From contig CAVOVB010000001.1 of assembly GCA_963699755.1 (NCBI GenBank), forward strand, positions 352,001 through 416,000: a DNA stretch of 64,000 nt. Reading direction: 5' to 3'. The position numbers were made by a program, and so were the translations under genes. The notes below the pieces were generated by a model. That model saw only the letters and a list, made by a program, of their open reading frames with translations, was not told the DNA's origin and did no database searches. How positions within the stretch are numbered: the first letter of the stretch is position 1; each line of letters starts with the position of its first letter. This DNA comes from an uncultured delta proteobacterium. Lineage in GTDB: Bacteria; Myxococcota_A; Polyangia; Polyangiales; Houyiibacteriaceae. Shown piece by piece: positions 39,131 through 49,259 of this stretch.

Positions 39131-40357
39131 ATGCAGGACTCGGGACCTAGGTCGAAGCGCAGAGTCGGACCCATGGCCCTCGCGGCCGTGGCTCTCGGCG
39201 CGTGCAGCGCTCCCCGTGCGGCGGAGGCCCAGGCGGGCGGAGACGCGACCAGTGTCCAGGCCGCCATGAAGCAGACCGAGCGACAGGTCGCCGAGGGTCT
39301 CAGCAGCGACTACAGGCTGGAGTTTGGCGATACCGATGACTGGATCGAGCTCAAGACAGGTGAGTGGCTGAGGGGCGACCTCCAGTGGCTGCGTCCAAAA
39401 GGGCTCGAAGCCGGCAAGAACGTAAACTTCTACAGCAACAAGCTCGACAGCCTGACGCTTAGTTGGGGGAGCATCGCCGGCGTCCATTCTCCCAAGATCA
39501 AGAGCTACGTGTTCAAGAACAAGACCACAGTCTCGGGCAAGGCCATGATCACCAAAGACCTGGTCATTGTCGAGACCAACGAAGGCGTCGTGACACATCC
39601 TCGCAGTGAGCTCGCCTCCATCTCCGAGGGACCGCCTCGGGAGCGGACCTGGTGGTCGACGATGCTCAGCCTCGGGTTCTCTGCCAATGCGGGAAATACG
39701 AACCAGGGTTCGCTCACCACGCAATGGAGTCTGTCGCGCCAAGATGGCCACTCGCTCGAAGCGGTCAGCTACAATGGAACCGTGGCGTACACCGACGGCG
39801 AGCTCAACGTCAATCGGCACCTCGGCGACCTCGATACCGCTCTGTTCCTCTGGGACAGTTTCTACCTGATTCCGGCCGACGCGCAGCTTCTCCACGATGC
39901 GTTCCAGAATATCAAGCTGCGAGCGACTCCAGGCGTGGGGGCCGGGGTCTATGTCTTCAAGAAGACCCGGCAGAGAAGGAACCATACGAACCAGTTCGAG
40001 TGGGACATGCAGAGCGGTCTTGGGTATCAGTTTCTCAGATTGATTTCGACCGTACCTGGAGTCGACAACCCGCAGAACGATGGATTCATCATGTTCCGAA
40101 CTCATTGGAAACTGGAGTTTCTGAATGACAACGTCGAGCTCACCATCGACTGGCGCAGCAACCTCGTCTATACGAGCTTCGGACAGACGAACCACACGGG
40201 GACGGTGGACGTGAGCATCGAAATCACGGACATGTTCAACTTCGTCAACTCGTTCCTCTTCCTGCGAACCCGGGATCCAGAGCCACGATCGGACGGGACC
40301 GTGCCCAGGAAGAACGACTATCAAGTGGTCGTCAGCCTCGCCATCAAGATCAATTGA
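39131..40357 (+). CDS. DUF481 (YdiY-like) outer-membrane beta-barrel protein
   Basis: Signal region; DWIELKTGEWLRG N-domain; amphipathic strands; GNT, GVGAG; terminal strand VVVSLAIKIN. Confidence 0.75.
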   Translation: MQDSGPRSKRRVGPMALAAVALGACSAPRAAEAQAGGDATSVQAAMKQTERQVAEGLSSDYRLEFGDTDDWIELKTGEWLRGDLQWLRPKGLEAGKNVNFYSNKLDSLTLSWGSIAGVHSPKIKSYVFKNKTTVSGKAMITKDLVIVETNEGVVTHPRSELASISEGPPRERTWWSTMLSLGFSANAGNTNQGSLTTQWSLSRQDGHSLEAVSYNGTVAYTDGELNVNRHLGDLDTALFLWDSFYLIPADAQLLHDAFQNIKLRATPGVGAGVYVFKKTRQRRNHTNQFEWDMQSGLGYQFLRLISTVPGVDNPQNDGFIMFRTHWKLEFLNDNVELTIDWRSNLVYTSFGQTNHTGTVDVSIEITDMFNFVNSFLFLRTRDPEPRSDGTVPRKNDYQVVVSLAIKIN

Positions 40358-40451
40358 CACCATCCAAGTCGGGGAGCGCCCGCGGGGTGCGTAGGCTCAT
40401 CGAGCGAGACATCTTGACATTCTGGGCCAGCGCAGTGACCGCGCTCAGGTC

Positions 40452-40600
40452 ATGGGTGCACATCACAAAGCCGTAGGAATCATCACGCTCTGCGTCATTG
40501 TGCTGCTGCCGGGCAAACTATCCGCGCAAGATGAGGGCATCCAGTCGGAGACGCTGCGGGTCGGTGTGGTCGAGTTAGAGCGGTTCGCGATGAAGGCCGT
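40452..40600 (+). pseudogene. 5' fragment of a periplasmic substrate-binding-domain gene cut by the IS3 element
   Basis: Signal peptide then TLRVGVVELERFAMK; abuts the IS left end; no continuation after the IS. Confidence 0.45.
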
Positions 40601-41842
40601 CAGAAGAACTCGGAGACAAGAGGGCTCTGAGTTGAGAGACACTTTGCCGAGGGCGAGAGCCCTGCTGAGGAGTGTGCCATGCCGAGAAGAGAAACGCTTC
40701 GAGTGAGGCCGCCGTGCGTGACATCTGTCGCAAGACGCGCTGGAGGTTTTCTGCGGAAGAAAAGATCCGGATCGTGCTCGACGGCCTGCGCGGTGAGGTC
40801 AGCGTGGCCGAGTTGTGCCGACGCGAAGGTATCGCCGCGAATCTGTGCTACCGCTGGAGCAAGGACTTCCTCGAGGCCGGTAAGGAGCAGCTGAGCGGCG
40901 ACACGGGGCGGGAGGCGACGAGCACCGAGGTCAAGAACCTGCGAACCGAAAACAGTGAGCTCAAGGAGGTCGTGGCGGAGATGACGCTCAAGAACCGTGT
41001 GCTCAAAAAAAGTCTGATGGGTCATGGCGACAAGGACGGCACATGAGACGCCGTGCATCCGAGATGGAACCAAGTCCCCGAGAAGGTCCGGGCCGAGGTG
41101 ATCGATTTGGCCCTCAAAAAGACGGAGCTTTCAGCCCGGGAGCTCGCGTGCCACTTCATCGATGAGCGCCAGGATTTCCTGAGCGAATCGAGCGTCTACC
41201 GCATCCTCAAGGCCGCCGATCTGATCACGAGCCCGGCGTACGTCCTGATGAGTGCGTCGGACCGCTTCAAGCATCCGACCAAGCCGGTACACGAGATCTG
41301 GCAGACCGACTTCACGTACCTGCGGGTCATCGGCTGGGGCTGGTACTACCTGTCGACGGTGATGGATGACTTCGGTGCATAGCGTCCGAGTCCGCCACCG
41401 ACCGAGGCTCCTGAGCGACAACGGTCCAGCCTACGTCTCGAAGGACCTGCAAGATTACCTGCAGGAACAGGGCATGACGCACACCCGAGGTCGCCCTTAC
41501 CACCCGCAAACACAGGGGAAGATCGAGCGCTACCACCGCTCGATGAAGAACGTCGTGAAGCTACAGCACTACTACTTCCCGTGGGAGCTGGAGGCAGCGG
41601 TGCGCGATTTCGTCGCCTACTACAACCATCGCCGCTACCACGAGTCGCTCGACAACTGCACGCCGGCGGACGTGTACTACGGCCGGCGCCACCGGGTCCT
41701 GTCCGAACGGGACAAGATCAAGCAGCTTACGATGCAACGTCGCAAAAAGGAGTACCGGGCCGCAAACGCGCGCCTAGGCCAAAACCATGAACCGTCTCTT
41801 AGCAAACGCGCCCTCTTGTCCGAAATCTTCTGGCGACGCACA
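40591..41842 (+). mobile_element. Decayed IS3-family insertion sequence
   Basis: orfA FSAEEKIRIVLDGLRG; A7G slippery site 41005-41012; orfB WQTDFTY, LLSDNG, QGKIER, YYN...HESL; imperfect TIRs TGAAGGCCGTCAGAAGAACTCGGA and (rc) TGTGCGTCGCCAGAAGATTTCGGA; orfB broken twice. Confidence 0.88.
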
Positions 41843-41873
41843 GCGCGCGAGATTACAGGGCCCAGGCGCTTCG

Positions 41874-43025
41874 TCAGTTGAGTGGCAGTGTGAGCACAGG
41901 CCCGGCTTTCCTCACGTTTCCGGACTGCAGCTGGAAGAGCTGATCGAGCAAGTTGAACGTCGACTTCGAGTTGAGGTCCGAGTCGTCGATGTAGAACCAG
42001 GTCCCTCGATACTCCACACGAACGAAGGCGTGGTTTGGGACCTGGTCGCTCGAGGCGACCCGAAACAGCGCATCGGTCAAGACTGGCCATTCGAACTCGG
42101 TCCCGTTGCGATATCGGGTCACGGTCACTTTGCCGGCTTCGACGTCCTGCGGCGGCGGCTCGACGCCCTGGGAGAGATAGCTCATCACGCCGATGAGCGC
42201 GCGCGGCAAAATGCCGATTTCGCGAGGCGAGCGATAGGTCGGGTTCGTCGTCAAGAAGAACTCGTTGAGGTCCGACCGGAGGCCCAGAATCTCTTTCAAG
42301 CGTTTCGATTGCTCCGCGATCTCGGGAGCGTCCCCGAATACCAGGGTCATTACAAAGGGCGTATCTGGGTCCCCGAGCGGGATCGTGCCGAGGGCCTCTT
42401 CGGGACCGAGGCGCCGGTAACGCAAATCCAAAGCGTCGGCCTGGCTCATTTCGTCGAACAGTGTTGCGACTTCGACGAATCGCTCGAAGTCCGGCGCGAG
42501 ATCAGGCGTCGGCCCAGCCGCAGTGGGCGCGTTCCACACGTCGTTGATCCGTTGGACACAGCAGCGGAGGAGACGTTCGAACCGCCAACCCGAGTGACTG
42601 AGGAGCACAATCGCCCCCATCGGCACGGGGGACAAGAGGCGGTTCACGAACGTTTCGCCTTGAAGCGGCGTGTACGTGATGGTGGGTCGGTCTTCGTAGT
42701 ACACGTCGCCGCCAACGCCACCCACTGCTTTGCTACCCCGCCCACCGATTCCGCCCACCGATGCGGAGCCTGCAACACCCATCACGTACTGGGTCGCGAC
42801 GCTCGACACTTCGATGAAATAGGGGGTGTCGCGATAGCGGAGTCGGACGAGGTTGGCGAGCATCTGCTCGTTGCGGGTATCGATGATGGCCGAGTTGTAG
42901 TCGAAGCGCGTGTTTCGGATCGATTTGGGACCGACTTTCGTGCAACTCGACAGCAAGACCACAGCCATGAGGCAGGCCAGGCGAAGAGGGGAAAAAGGGC
43001 GAGCGATTCGCAGGATTGCCGTCAT
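41874..43025 (-). CDS. Conserved hypothetical lipoprotein
   Basis: Lipobox LLSSC; EQMLANLVRLRYRDTPYF, DRPTITYTPLQG, YRGTWFYIDDSDLNSKSTF. Confidence 0.75.
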   Translation of the reverse strand: MTAILRIARPFSPLRLACLMAVVLLSSCTKVGPKSIRNTRFDYNSAIIDTRNEQMLANLVRLRYRDTPYFIEVSSVATQYVMGVAGSASVGGIGGRGSKAVGGVGGDVYYEDRPTITYTPLQGETFVNRLLSPVPMGAIVLLSHSGWRFERLLRCCVQRINDVWNAPTAAGPTPDLAPDFERFVEVATLFDEMSQADALDLRYRRLGPEEALGTIPLGDPDTPFVMTLVFGDAPEIAEQSKRLKEILGLRSDLNEFFLTTNPTYRSPREIGILPRALIGVMSYLSQGVEPPPQDVEAGKVTVTRYRNGTEFEWPVLTDALFRVASSDQVPNHAFVRVEYRGTWFYIDDSDLNSKSTFNLLDQLFQLQSGNVRKAGPVLTLPLN

Positions 43026-43145
43026 CTCGCCGCAGAGAGTATCTCAATTCACCAGTTTGTCTTGTCCCGACTCCACAATCTTGGTTGGCCCTTTTCGTTT
43101 CGAATGGGTAAGGAGGTCCCCAAGCATTTGCTTCGGAGGTCGGCC

Positions 43146-43775
43146 ATGGAACCCTTGCCTCGATTCGTCCCGATAGACAGGATGGTTGCTTTCAGCGACG
43201 GCGTGTTTGCGGTTGTCATTACGCTGTTGGTCCTCGGGATCGAGCTGCCCTCCTCCGACGCCGTTCTGACGGGAACTGGGCTCGCGCAGGAGCGCGAAAA
43301 GATCCTCCACCAGCTGCTCATCTACTTTGTCGCGTTTTGGCTGGTCGGGATGTATTGGTCCCAACAAAGTCTCTTTACTGCAGGGCTCAAGCAGATCGAC
43401 CGGGGAACCTTCGTCCTCAATCTCCTGCTTCTCTTGCCCATCACGCTGCTTCCCTTCGTCACCCAGCTCATGGGAACCATGCGCGATGACTGGAGGGCCG
43501 TTCTGAACTTCGCTCTAATCAATGTATTCGCGACGCTCGTGATCGAGCGCATGTGGAACCGCATCGCGTCTCTCCCCGAAACTCAAAAGAGCCCGCAGAC
43601 AGCGACGCTCGCTGCGAGGATGCGGGTGGAGGTCCGCGCTCACGCGGCTGTGATGGTCCTCGGTGTTCTCGTCGCGCTACTCGACGTTAGGGCAGGCACG
43701 TTACTATTCATTCTGATTCCGTTCGCCCACTTCTACAATTTCCTCCGCGATCCGTTTCGCTCTCGCGTGGGCTAG
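43146..43775 (+). CDS. TMEM175 (DUF1211) family potassium channel
   Basis: GGAGG RBS; RMVAFSDGVFAVVITLLVL; LLPF; about 6 TM. Confidence 0.88.
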   Translation: MEPLPRFVPIDRMVAFSDGVFAVVITLLVLGIELPSSDAVLTGTGLAQEREKILHQLLIYFVAFWLVGMYWSQQSLFTAGLKQIDRGTFVLNLLLLLPITLLPFVTQLMGTMRDDWRAVLNFALINVFATLVIERMWNRIASLPETQKSPQTATLAARMRVEVRAHAAVMVLGVLVALLDVRAGTLLFILIPFAHFYNFLRDPFRSRVG

Positions 43776-43784
43776 GGCCCCCGA

Positions 43785-45431
43785 TTACTGCACCAGTTTG
43801 AGTTCGCTCGGGCGCCAGCTCTTCGTGAAGAACGATTCGAGCGGGCTGTAGAGGCGCAGGAGCATGAACCAGCCTTTTTCCGGCAGGGTTTGAATCCAGT
43901 TGCCGCGATCGACGCCATCGGGTTGCTTCGGCCCGATGTAGACGGTCGTCGAGCCGTCCTCGTTCGATTCGGCCGCGGGCGAAGGATAGGCTTGGCTACC
44001 CGCGCGGGGGTACTTTTGAGGCGTCTGAAGCATCGAGCGAGTCTGGTTGTCGTAGAGAGTGATCGACCAGAATTTGGCTGCGGGAATGCCCTTGGGCAGT
44101 GTCACCTCGTAGGTCTTCGCCCCATCGAACGGGTCGCCGTTCTCATCGAGGAAGCTCATCAAGTACTGCGATCCGACCTTGGGAACCTGCATGATCATGC
44201 CGGGCGAATCGAGTGTGTATGCGTAGTAGAACGCCGTGCGTGAGTCGAGCGTGCGCGCGCCGGTGGGGGGGTACGGTTTGAACATCCCCCCTTCGAACGC
44301 CGGAGGCGGCGTCTCGAAAAATGCCCCACCTTCGAAAAGCATGTTGAACCACTGCGAGTCAGGATAGTACGCCCACTCGGGATGGACCTGTGCGGATCGC
44401 CAGTTGAGCGCACGGCCAAAGGCGCTTCCGACCGCGGCCGCATCGCTCAGGATCTTCTTCATTCTGTCGTCGGGGGCGAACTCCTTGCCCTTGACGATCC
44501 CGATCGCAGCGAGCTGGCCGGCAAGCTCCGTGTCGTAGCTGCTGGCCGGCTCTGCCTGTACGTTGGCGTCAATCATCTCGAACAGACCGTAGCCGCTCGG
44601 CGGAATCGTGTTGAACGAGAGCCCGCTGCCTTCGATGAACTTCATCTCGGGAACCTCCGGATTGTTGGCCAACGCTACTTTCCCTTCGAGTGCGGTGGCG
44701 ATGCTCGTGCCGTAACCGCCGGGCGTGTAGGGGTAAACTTTCATGTGGCGCTTGATCACGTCCACGGTCGGCTTCGGGTCGTTGTCCGTGAGGAAGGCGC
44801 GCGCCGCGTAGAGTATGTGATTGGTCTTTGAGTGCGCGACGAAGAAACCGTCGTCGGGCAGTGGCCCGTCGTAGCCAGGGGGCACAATCAGGTACTTGCC
44901 GCCATGGCCTCGGTCGGGCCCGGGGGCGCCGATGTCGATGATCCACGAAAACCACATGTCGTTGATGGTGCCGAGCCCTTGCGGCGGCTGCTCGATGACC
45001 ATGGGGCCGTTCGAGAGATCGACGCTCGCCAGGTAGTAGACCGTGTCCGCGTTTCCAGTGAGAAACAAAGAATTGGAGTCCATGAGCTCGGAGAAGATGA
45101 CGACGTCCCCGTCCCTCGCACCGATGCTTTGGAAGCCTTGCCTAATCGCATACGCAGATGCCCCGCGGAAGGTGTTGTTGTAGACGTTGAGGGCGCGGGT
45201 GAAATCAATGGTGTCGTATACCGTTGCAGCAGTGTCTGCGGTCGGTACACCGTCCTGTAGCTCCAGCGTACCGATGCGCGTTTCCACGCTGTTGGGCGTG
45301 CCAAGCGACGAGGGCGTGGCAACCGCCAGCTTCGGGGTCTGCGCGGCGGGCGTCGGAGGCGGGGTAGCGTCTTGGCAACCGGCCAAGGCAAGAATCGCAA
45401 GTGCCATCGAGAAGCTGCTTCGCATCGTCAT
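43785..45431 (-). CDS. DUF1254/DUF1214 lipoprotein
   Basis: Lipobox ALAGC; LTGNADTVY, GPDRGHGGKYL, GSQYL, FWSITLYD, NWIQT, LRLYSP. Confidence 0.88.
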   Translation of the reverse strand: MTMRSSFSMALAILALAGCQDATPPPTPAAQTPKLAVATPSSLGTPNSVETRIGTLELQDGVPTADTAATVYDTIDFTRALNVYNNTFRGASAYAIRQGFQSIGARDGDVVIFSELMDSNSLFLTGNADTVYYLASVDLSNGPMVIEQPPQGLGTINDMWFSWIIDIGAPGPDRGHGGKYLIVPPGYDGPLPDDGFFVAHSKTNHILYAARAFLTDNDPKPTVDVIKRHMKVYPYTPGGYGTSIATALEGKVALANNPEVPEMKFIEGSGLSFNTIPPSGYGLFEMIDANVQAEPASSYDTELAGQLAAIGIVKGKEFAPDDRMKKILSDAAAVGSAFGRALNWRSAQVHPEWAYYPDSQWFNMLFEGGAFFETPPPAFEGGMFKPYPPTGARTLDSRTAFYYAYTLDSPGMIMQVPKVGSQYLMSFLDENGDPFDGAKTYEVTLPKGIPAAKFWSITLYDNQTRSMLQTPQKYPRAGSQAYPSPAAESNEDGSTTVYIGPKQPDGVDRGNWIQTLPEKGWFMLLRLYSPLESFFTKSWRPSELKLVQ

Positions 45432-45561
45432 CGTTTGGAGGGTCCTTTCGTCCACTGGCTCGCTGAAGCAGTTCGATCTCGCGCGTTTGCCATCTCTTGT
45501 CAAAGAACGATTCGAGTCGTTGGAGCCGCAGGGTCTAGGCGAGCGCTTGGCTTCGCGTCCC

Positions 45562-46043
45562 TCAACTCCCGCGAATCGCCCGCGATGTCACCCCGCACCA
45601 GCGCTTGCAGGCCCGACTGAAGTTCGACGTATCCCGATACCCAAGCCGCTCCGCAATCGCCTCTACCGACATGTCAGTTTGCCGGAGGTACCAAACAGCG
45701 AGCTCCTGTCGCACGTCGTCGAGGAGCATCTGATGCGAGGTTCCCTGCGCTTTGAGCTTTCGGTTAAGCGTGCGTTCCGACATATGGAGCGTCCTGGCCA
45801 TCTTTCTCAGGCTTGGATACTCGCCTTCTCGGTCGAGCAAATGGTCGAGCTCCTTCTGCGCGCCATCGCGTAGCCGAGCGGACCGTACGACGGAATCTGC
45901 GTCGAGCGTCTGACATCGAGCCCTAGCCAAGGTTCTTGCGAATGCGCCCTGCACGCAGACTGAGGCAGCCGCGCGTGTCGTGGCCCCGGCTTGTTCGAGT
46001 GCGTGCCCGTCTTCGAGTCCATATCGCACGCAAAGCGCCGCAC
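45562..46043 (-). pseudogene. AraC-family regulator, internally deleted
   Basis: C-terminal HTH MSERTLNRKL...LGYRDTSNFSRA; N-domain fragment EPWLGLDV...YGPLGYAM is in another frame directly upstream. Confidence 0.7.
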
Positions 46044-46439
46044 GTCGCTTGGGCCGGAAACAGCGTATGAACGGGCTTCGGGGCGGGCCTAGCAGAAGCA
46101 AAGGCCCTGTCGGCACGGTGGCTGGCACGACACAATATCTGGCTACCGCGCAATTCGGCCCTCCGCATGAGCCTGACCGGCTAAGAGGCATGATCTCCAC
46201 GAGACTTCGCTGGGTCTTGGACGCATGCGCGTCGAGGACTCGCCGGCGCTCGCCCTCGTAGCAAGAGAAGACCTCCTCCGCCGACTCAGAGGATCGCGCC
46301 CCCGCCACGAGACTGGCCCTGAGAAAGCGGCGCCGAGAGAGAAAGCTGAGGAGTTATCAATCCAAAACGTCGAATCGATTCTCCGCGCGTAGGCGATGCG
46401 CGCTGCAGAAGTTGGGCGGGTGCGTGTGCTGGGCTCGCG

Positions 46440-46847
46440 ATGAAACGGGCAACCGACCTTCGTCTAACCCCAACCCTGGCACTTGCCGCGTTCACGATGC
46501 CGGGAGTGCTCAGCGAATACGACGGGCTCGACGGAGGACGCGCCGCGCTAAACCTGCGCTTCGAAGAGATGTTCGGCGAGGCCGGGTACGAAAGTCCTGA
46601 CCTGGGGCGACGCCGGCAAGAAACGCTCGTTTTCCACCGAGCGTATGGAGGCGCCCTCCGAGCCGAAGGAGCTTCGTCGCTTGCATACGACACCATGCTC
46701 GAGCGCGGCAGGATCGCGGTGGACACCAAAGCGCATCGCGCCGAGTGGGAGGCCGTGGATCGACAAGTCCGCGATCGGCTTGCCGGACGGATCTATCCGA
46801 AGCGCTTACTCGACTCCATGATCGCGGCGGTGGGAAAGCCGGAATAG
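46440..46847 (+). CDS. Hypothetical protein or gene remnant
   Basis: 135-aa ORF with protein-like composition; no recognised motif. Confidence 0.3.
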   Translation: MKRATDLRLTPTLALAAFTMPGVLSEYDGLDGGRAALNLRFEEMFGEAGYESPDLGRRRQETLVFHRAYGGALRAEGASSLAYDTMLERGRIAVDTKAHRAEWEAVDRQVRDRLAGRIYPKRLLDSMIAAVGKPE

Positions 46848-46924
46848 CAAACCGGAACGAAGAGATCTGGTGGCCCCGCAGATCTTCGCTGAGTCTCCTC
46901 CGGAAAGCGGCATCCCGGACTACC

Positions 46925-48802
46925 TCAGATAGGTTTCCTACGGGACGCTGGTTCCTTGCTGCGCACGAACCCCGCCTGCTGCAGTCGCTCGTGCGCCTCT
47001 TCCTGCCGGGCCTGATCGACGAGAACCGCCACTCCGTCCTTGCGCCGAAATCGAGTTCGGGTTCCCACGGTGATCCTCCGCTTGCATCTTCGCCGGACCA
47101 TCGGCAGGTACGCGGGACGACTCTCACCCTCGGTAAAGATCCCCCTGGGCCTCCATGCGCGGCAAGACCACCACTCGACTTCCGCCTCACCGCGATCGAT
47201 CCGCTGACTCCAATGAGTCACATCGGTCGCTCCACCGAAAAGCACCTCTGCGTCCTTTGTTTCCAAGATCTCCGGCGTGACTCCGCTCGACCAAGTATCG
47301 ATCGCGACGACGCAGCGCTGCTCCTTGGCCTCTTGGTGGACTTCGTTGACGAACAAGAGATTGACCTCGGGGCTCTCGGTGATGGCCACGGCGCCGGTGC
47401 GAAGCGCGACTTCGGCACGCAGCAAGAGCCGAGTTTCGAGAGCATTGCCGAGCAGCACCCTGATCCCGAGCACCTCCGCGCGCTGCACTCGATGCGGGTC
47501 CTCGTCGAGGCAGACGACCTCCTGTCTTGGGGTTTGCAAGAGCTGTGCGAGTGCGAGCGCAAGCTCGTTCGTCCCCAGGATCACCCAGCCGGCGTCTGAA
47601 CGTCGGCGCAGATCGAGCAGTTGAGCGATCGGCCCTCCGCTGAGACCCGACCAGATGACGGTAGCGGCGATCGTTGCGAAAACAAGCGCTTGCAGCTGCG
47701 CGCCTCCAGCCATCCCCTCGCTCTCCAGCCGAATCGCGAACAAGGACGCGACCGCGGCCGCGACGATACCTCGGGGTGCGATCCATGCGATGAGGACTCG
47801 CTCTCGCCACGACAGCGTGGTGCCGAGCGAGCACACGAGCACCTCGATCGGACGAACAAGAACGACGAGCGCGATCACGGTCAGCGCACCTGCCCAACCG
47901 AGCGCGATGATGTCGTCCACCCGAGTGTTCGCTGCAAGCAGGATGAAGACCATTCCGATGAGCAGCACGGTCAGCTGCTCTTTGAATTCGACCAAGTCGC
48001 GGCTCTTCCGGATCGGGGAGTTCGCTAGGACCATACCGGTGATGGTGGCTGCGGCAAGGCCGCTCTCGTGCACCACCGAATTGGCGAGCTCGTAGACCAG
48101 GACCGCGATCGAGAGCGTCAAGACCTTCTGATAAGCCTCCGGAATCACACCCCGGAATCGAAGCAAGCCCGCGAGCACGCCGCCAGCGATCAGCCCTGCC
48201 ACAATGCCAAAGCCGAGCCGCAAGGCGATCTGAGGCGCTGCCAGGATGAGGCTCTCGTCCGAAGGCCGGAGCACGGCCTCGAGAACGACTGCCGCCGTAA
48301 TCGCACCGATGGCGTCGATCAGGACGCCCTCGGCCTCGAGAACGGTCGCGACTGCACCCCGGATGCGCAAGCGCCTAAGAAGCGGGGTCACCACGGTGGG
48401 CCCGGTCACGATCACCAAGGCGCCAAACAAAGAAGCGAGACGCCAGTCCCAGCCGAGCAAGCTGTGGGCCGCAACCGCTCCGCCGATCGCGGTGAACGCC
48501 GCACCCAACGTGACGAGGCGCCGAATGACGACTTGCTCTCGCCGTAGTCTGCGCAACTCGAGCTGCAGCCCACCTTCGAGCAGAATGATCGCAACGCCCA
48601 TGCCGACGAGCGTGTGTAGCGAGGAACCCAGCGACTCTGGATCGACGATACCCGCGACCTCGGGCCCTAGCAGCACCCCGACGGCGAGGAGCAAGACGAT
48701 GCTCGGTATCCGGAGATGGTACGCAACCGATTGAGTCACCATGCCCCCGGCAAGCGCAATCGCCACGGTAAGCGCAGGGTTGTGCATGAGATCGAAGTCC
48801 AT
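46925..48802 (-). CDS. NhaP-type (CPA1) cation/H+ antiporter with C-terminal TrkA-N/RCK-like domain
   Basis: IPSIVLLL, ILLEGGL, VTGPTVV, EGVLIDAIGA, IAPRGIVAAA; VILG...GNAL tail. Confidence 0.9.
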   Translation of the reverse strand: MDFDLMHNPALTVAIALAGGMVTQSVAYHLRIPSIVLLLAVGVLLGPEVAGIVDPESLGSSLHTLVGMGVAIILLEGGLQLELRRLRREQVVIRRLVTLGAAFTAIGGAVAAHSLLGWDWRLASLFGALVIVTGPTVVTPLLRRLRIRGAVATVLEAEGVLIDAIGAITAAVVLEAVLRPSDESLILAAPQIALRLGFGIVAGLIAGGVLAGLLRFRGVIPEAYQKVLTLSIAVLVYELANSVVHESGLAAATITGMVLANSPIRKSRDLVEFKEQLTVLLIGMVFILLAANTRVDDIIALGWAGALTVIALVVLVRPIEVLVCSLGTTLSWRERVLIAWIAPRGIVAAAVASLFAIRLESEGMAGGAQLQALVFATIAATVIWSGLSGGPIAQLLDLRRRSDAGWVILGTNELALALAQLLQTPRQEVVCLDEDPHRVQRAEVLGIRVLLGNALETRLLLRAEVALRTGAVAITESPEVNLLFVNEVHQEAKEQRCVVAIDTWSSGVTPEILETKDAEVLFGGATDVTHWSQRIDRGEAEVEWWSCRAWRPRGIFTEGESRPAYLPMVRRRCKRRITVGTRTRFRRKDGVAVLVDQARQEEAHERLQQAGFVRSKEPASRRKPI

Positions 48803-48899
48803 CGGAAAGCCCTCGCGCAGAACGCGCGAGCGTAGCACGCTGCGACCCTCCGAGCGACGGCTCACCCGAAGCTCGGCTGGGATCGGCCAAGCCTTGGCC

Positions 48900-49250
48900 G
48901 TCGACTTGTTGCGCGGCGCTCAGCAAGTGCTTGCCGCCGCGAATCGGAATCGACTCACTCGGACCGATCAGGTCCGCCTGGATGTGCGAAGCGCCGTTCC
49001 CGTCGATGCGATCGTGGAGCCAGATCCCCTTGGGGATGAGCTTGTCGAGGCAGCTCACGACGTCTTTGCCAATGTTGGGGTCGTCGTTCTCTTGGATCAT
49101 CAAAGCCGCGGTCGCGCCGTGGGCGCAGAGCGCGCAGAGCCCGCTCTAGACTCCAGACGCGCGAACGAGTTGCTGAGCTTCGCGGGCGAAGTCGACGAGC
49201 TCGCGCTCACTGGTCGTCGAAAGCGTGATCGTATCGGTGAAGAGCTTCAT
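48900..49250 (-). pseudogene. YjbQ/UPF0047 family, nonsense-mutated and 3'-truncated
   Basis: MKLFTDTITL...ASGV* (TAG at 49146-49148), then GATAALMIQENDDP, HDRIDGNGASHI, GPSESIPI; the usual C-terminal GTWQ/EFDG part is absent. Confidence 0.7.
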
Positions 49251-49259
49251 CGTAGGCTT

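Noticed and set aside
41787..43145. Long N-terminal extension of TMEM175 (662-aa ORF)
   Set aside because: Antisense to the lipoprotein gene; a GGAGG RBS supports the ATG at 43146
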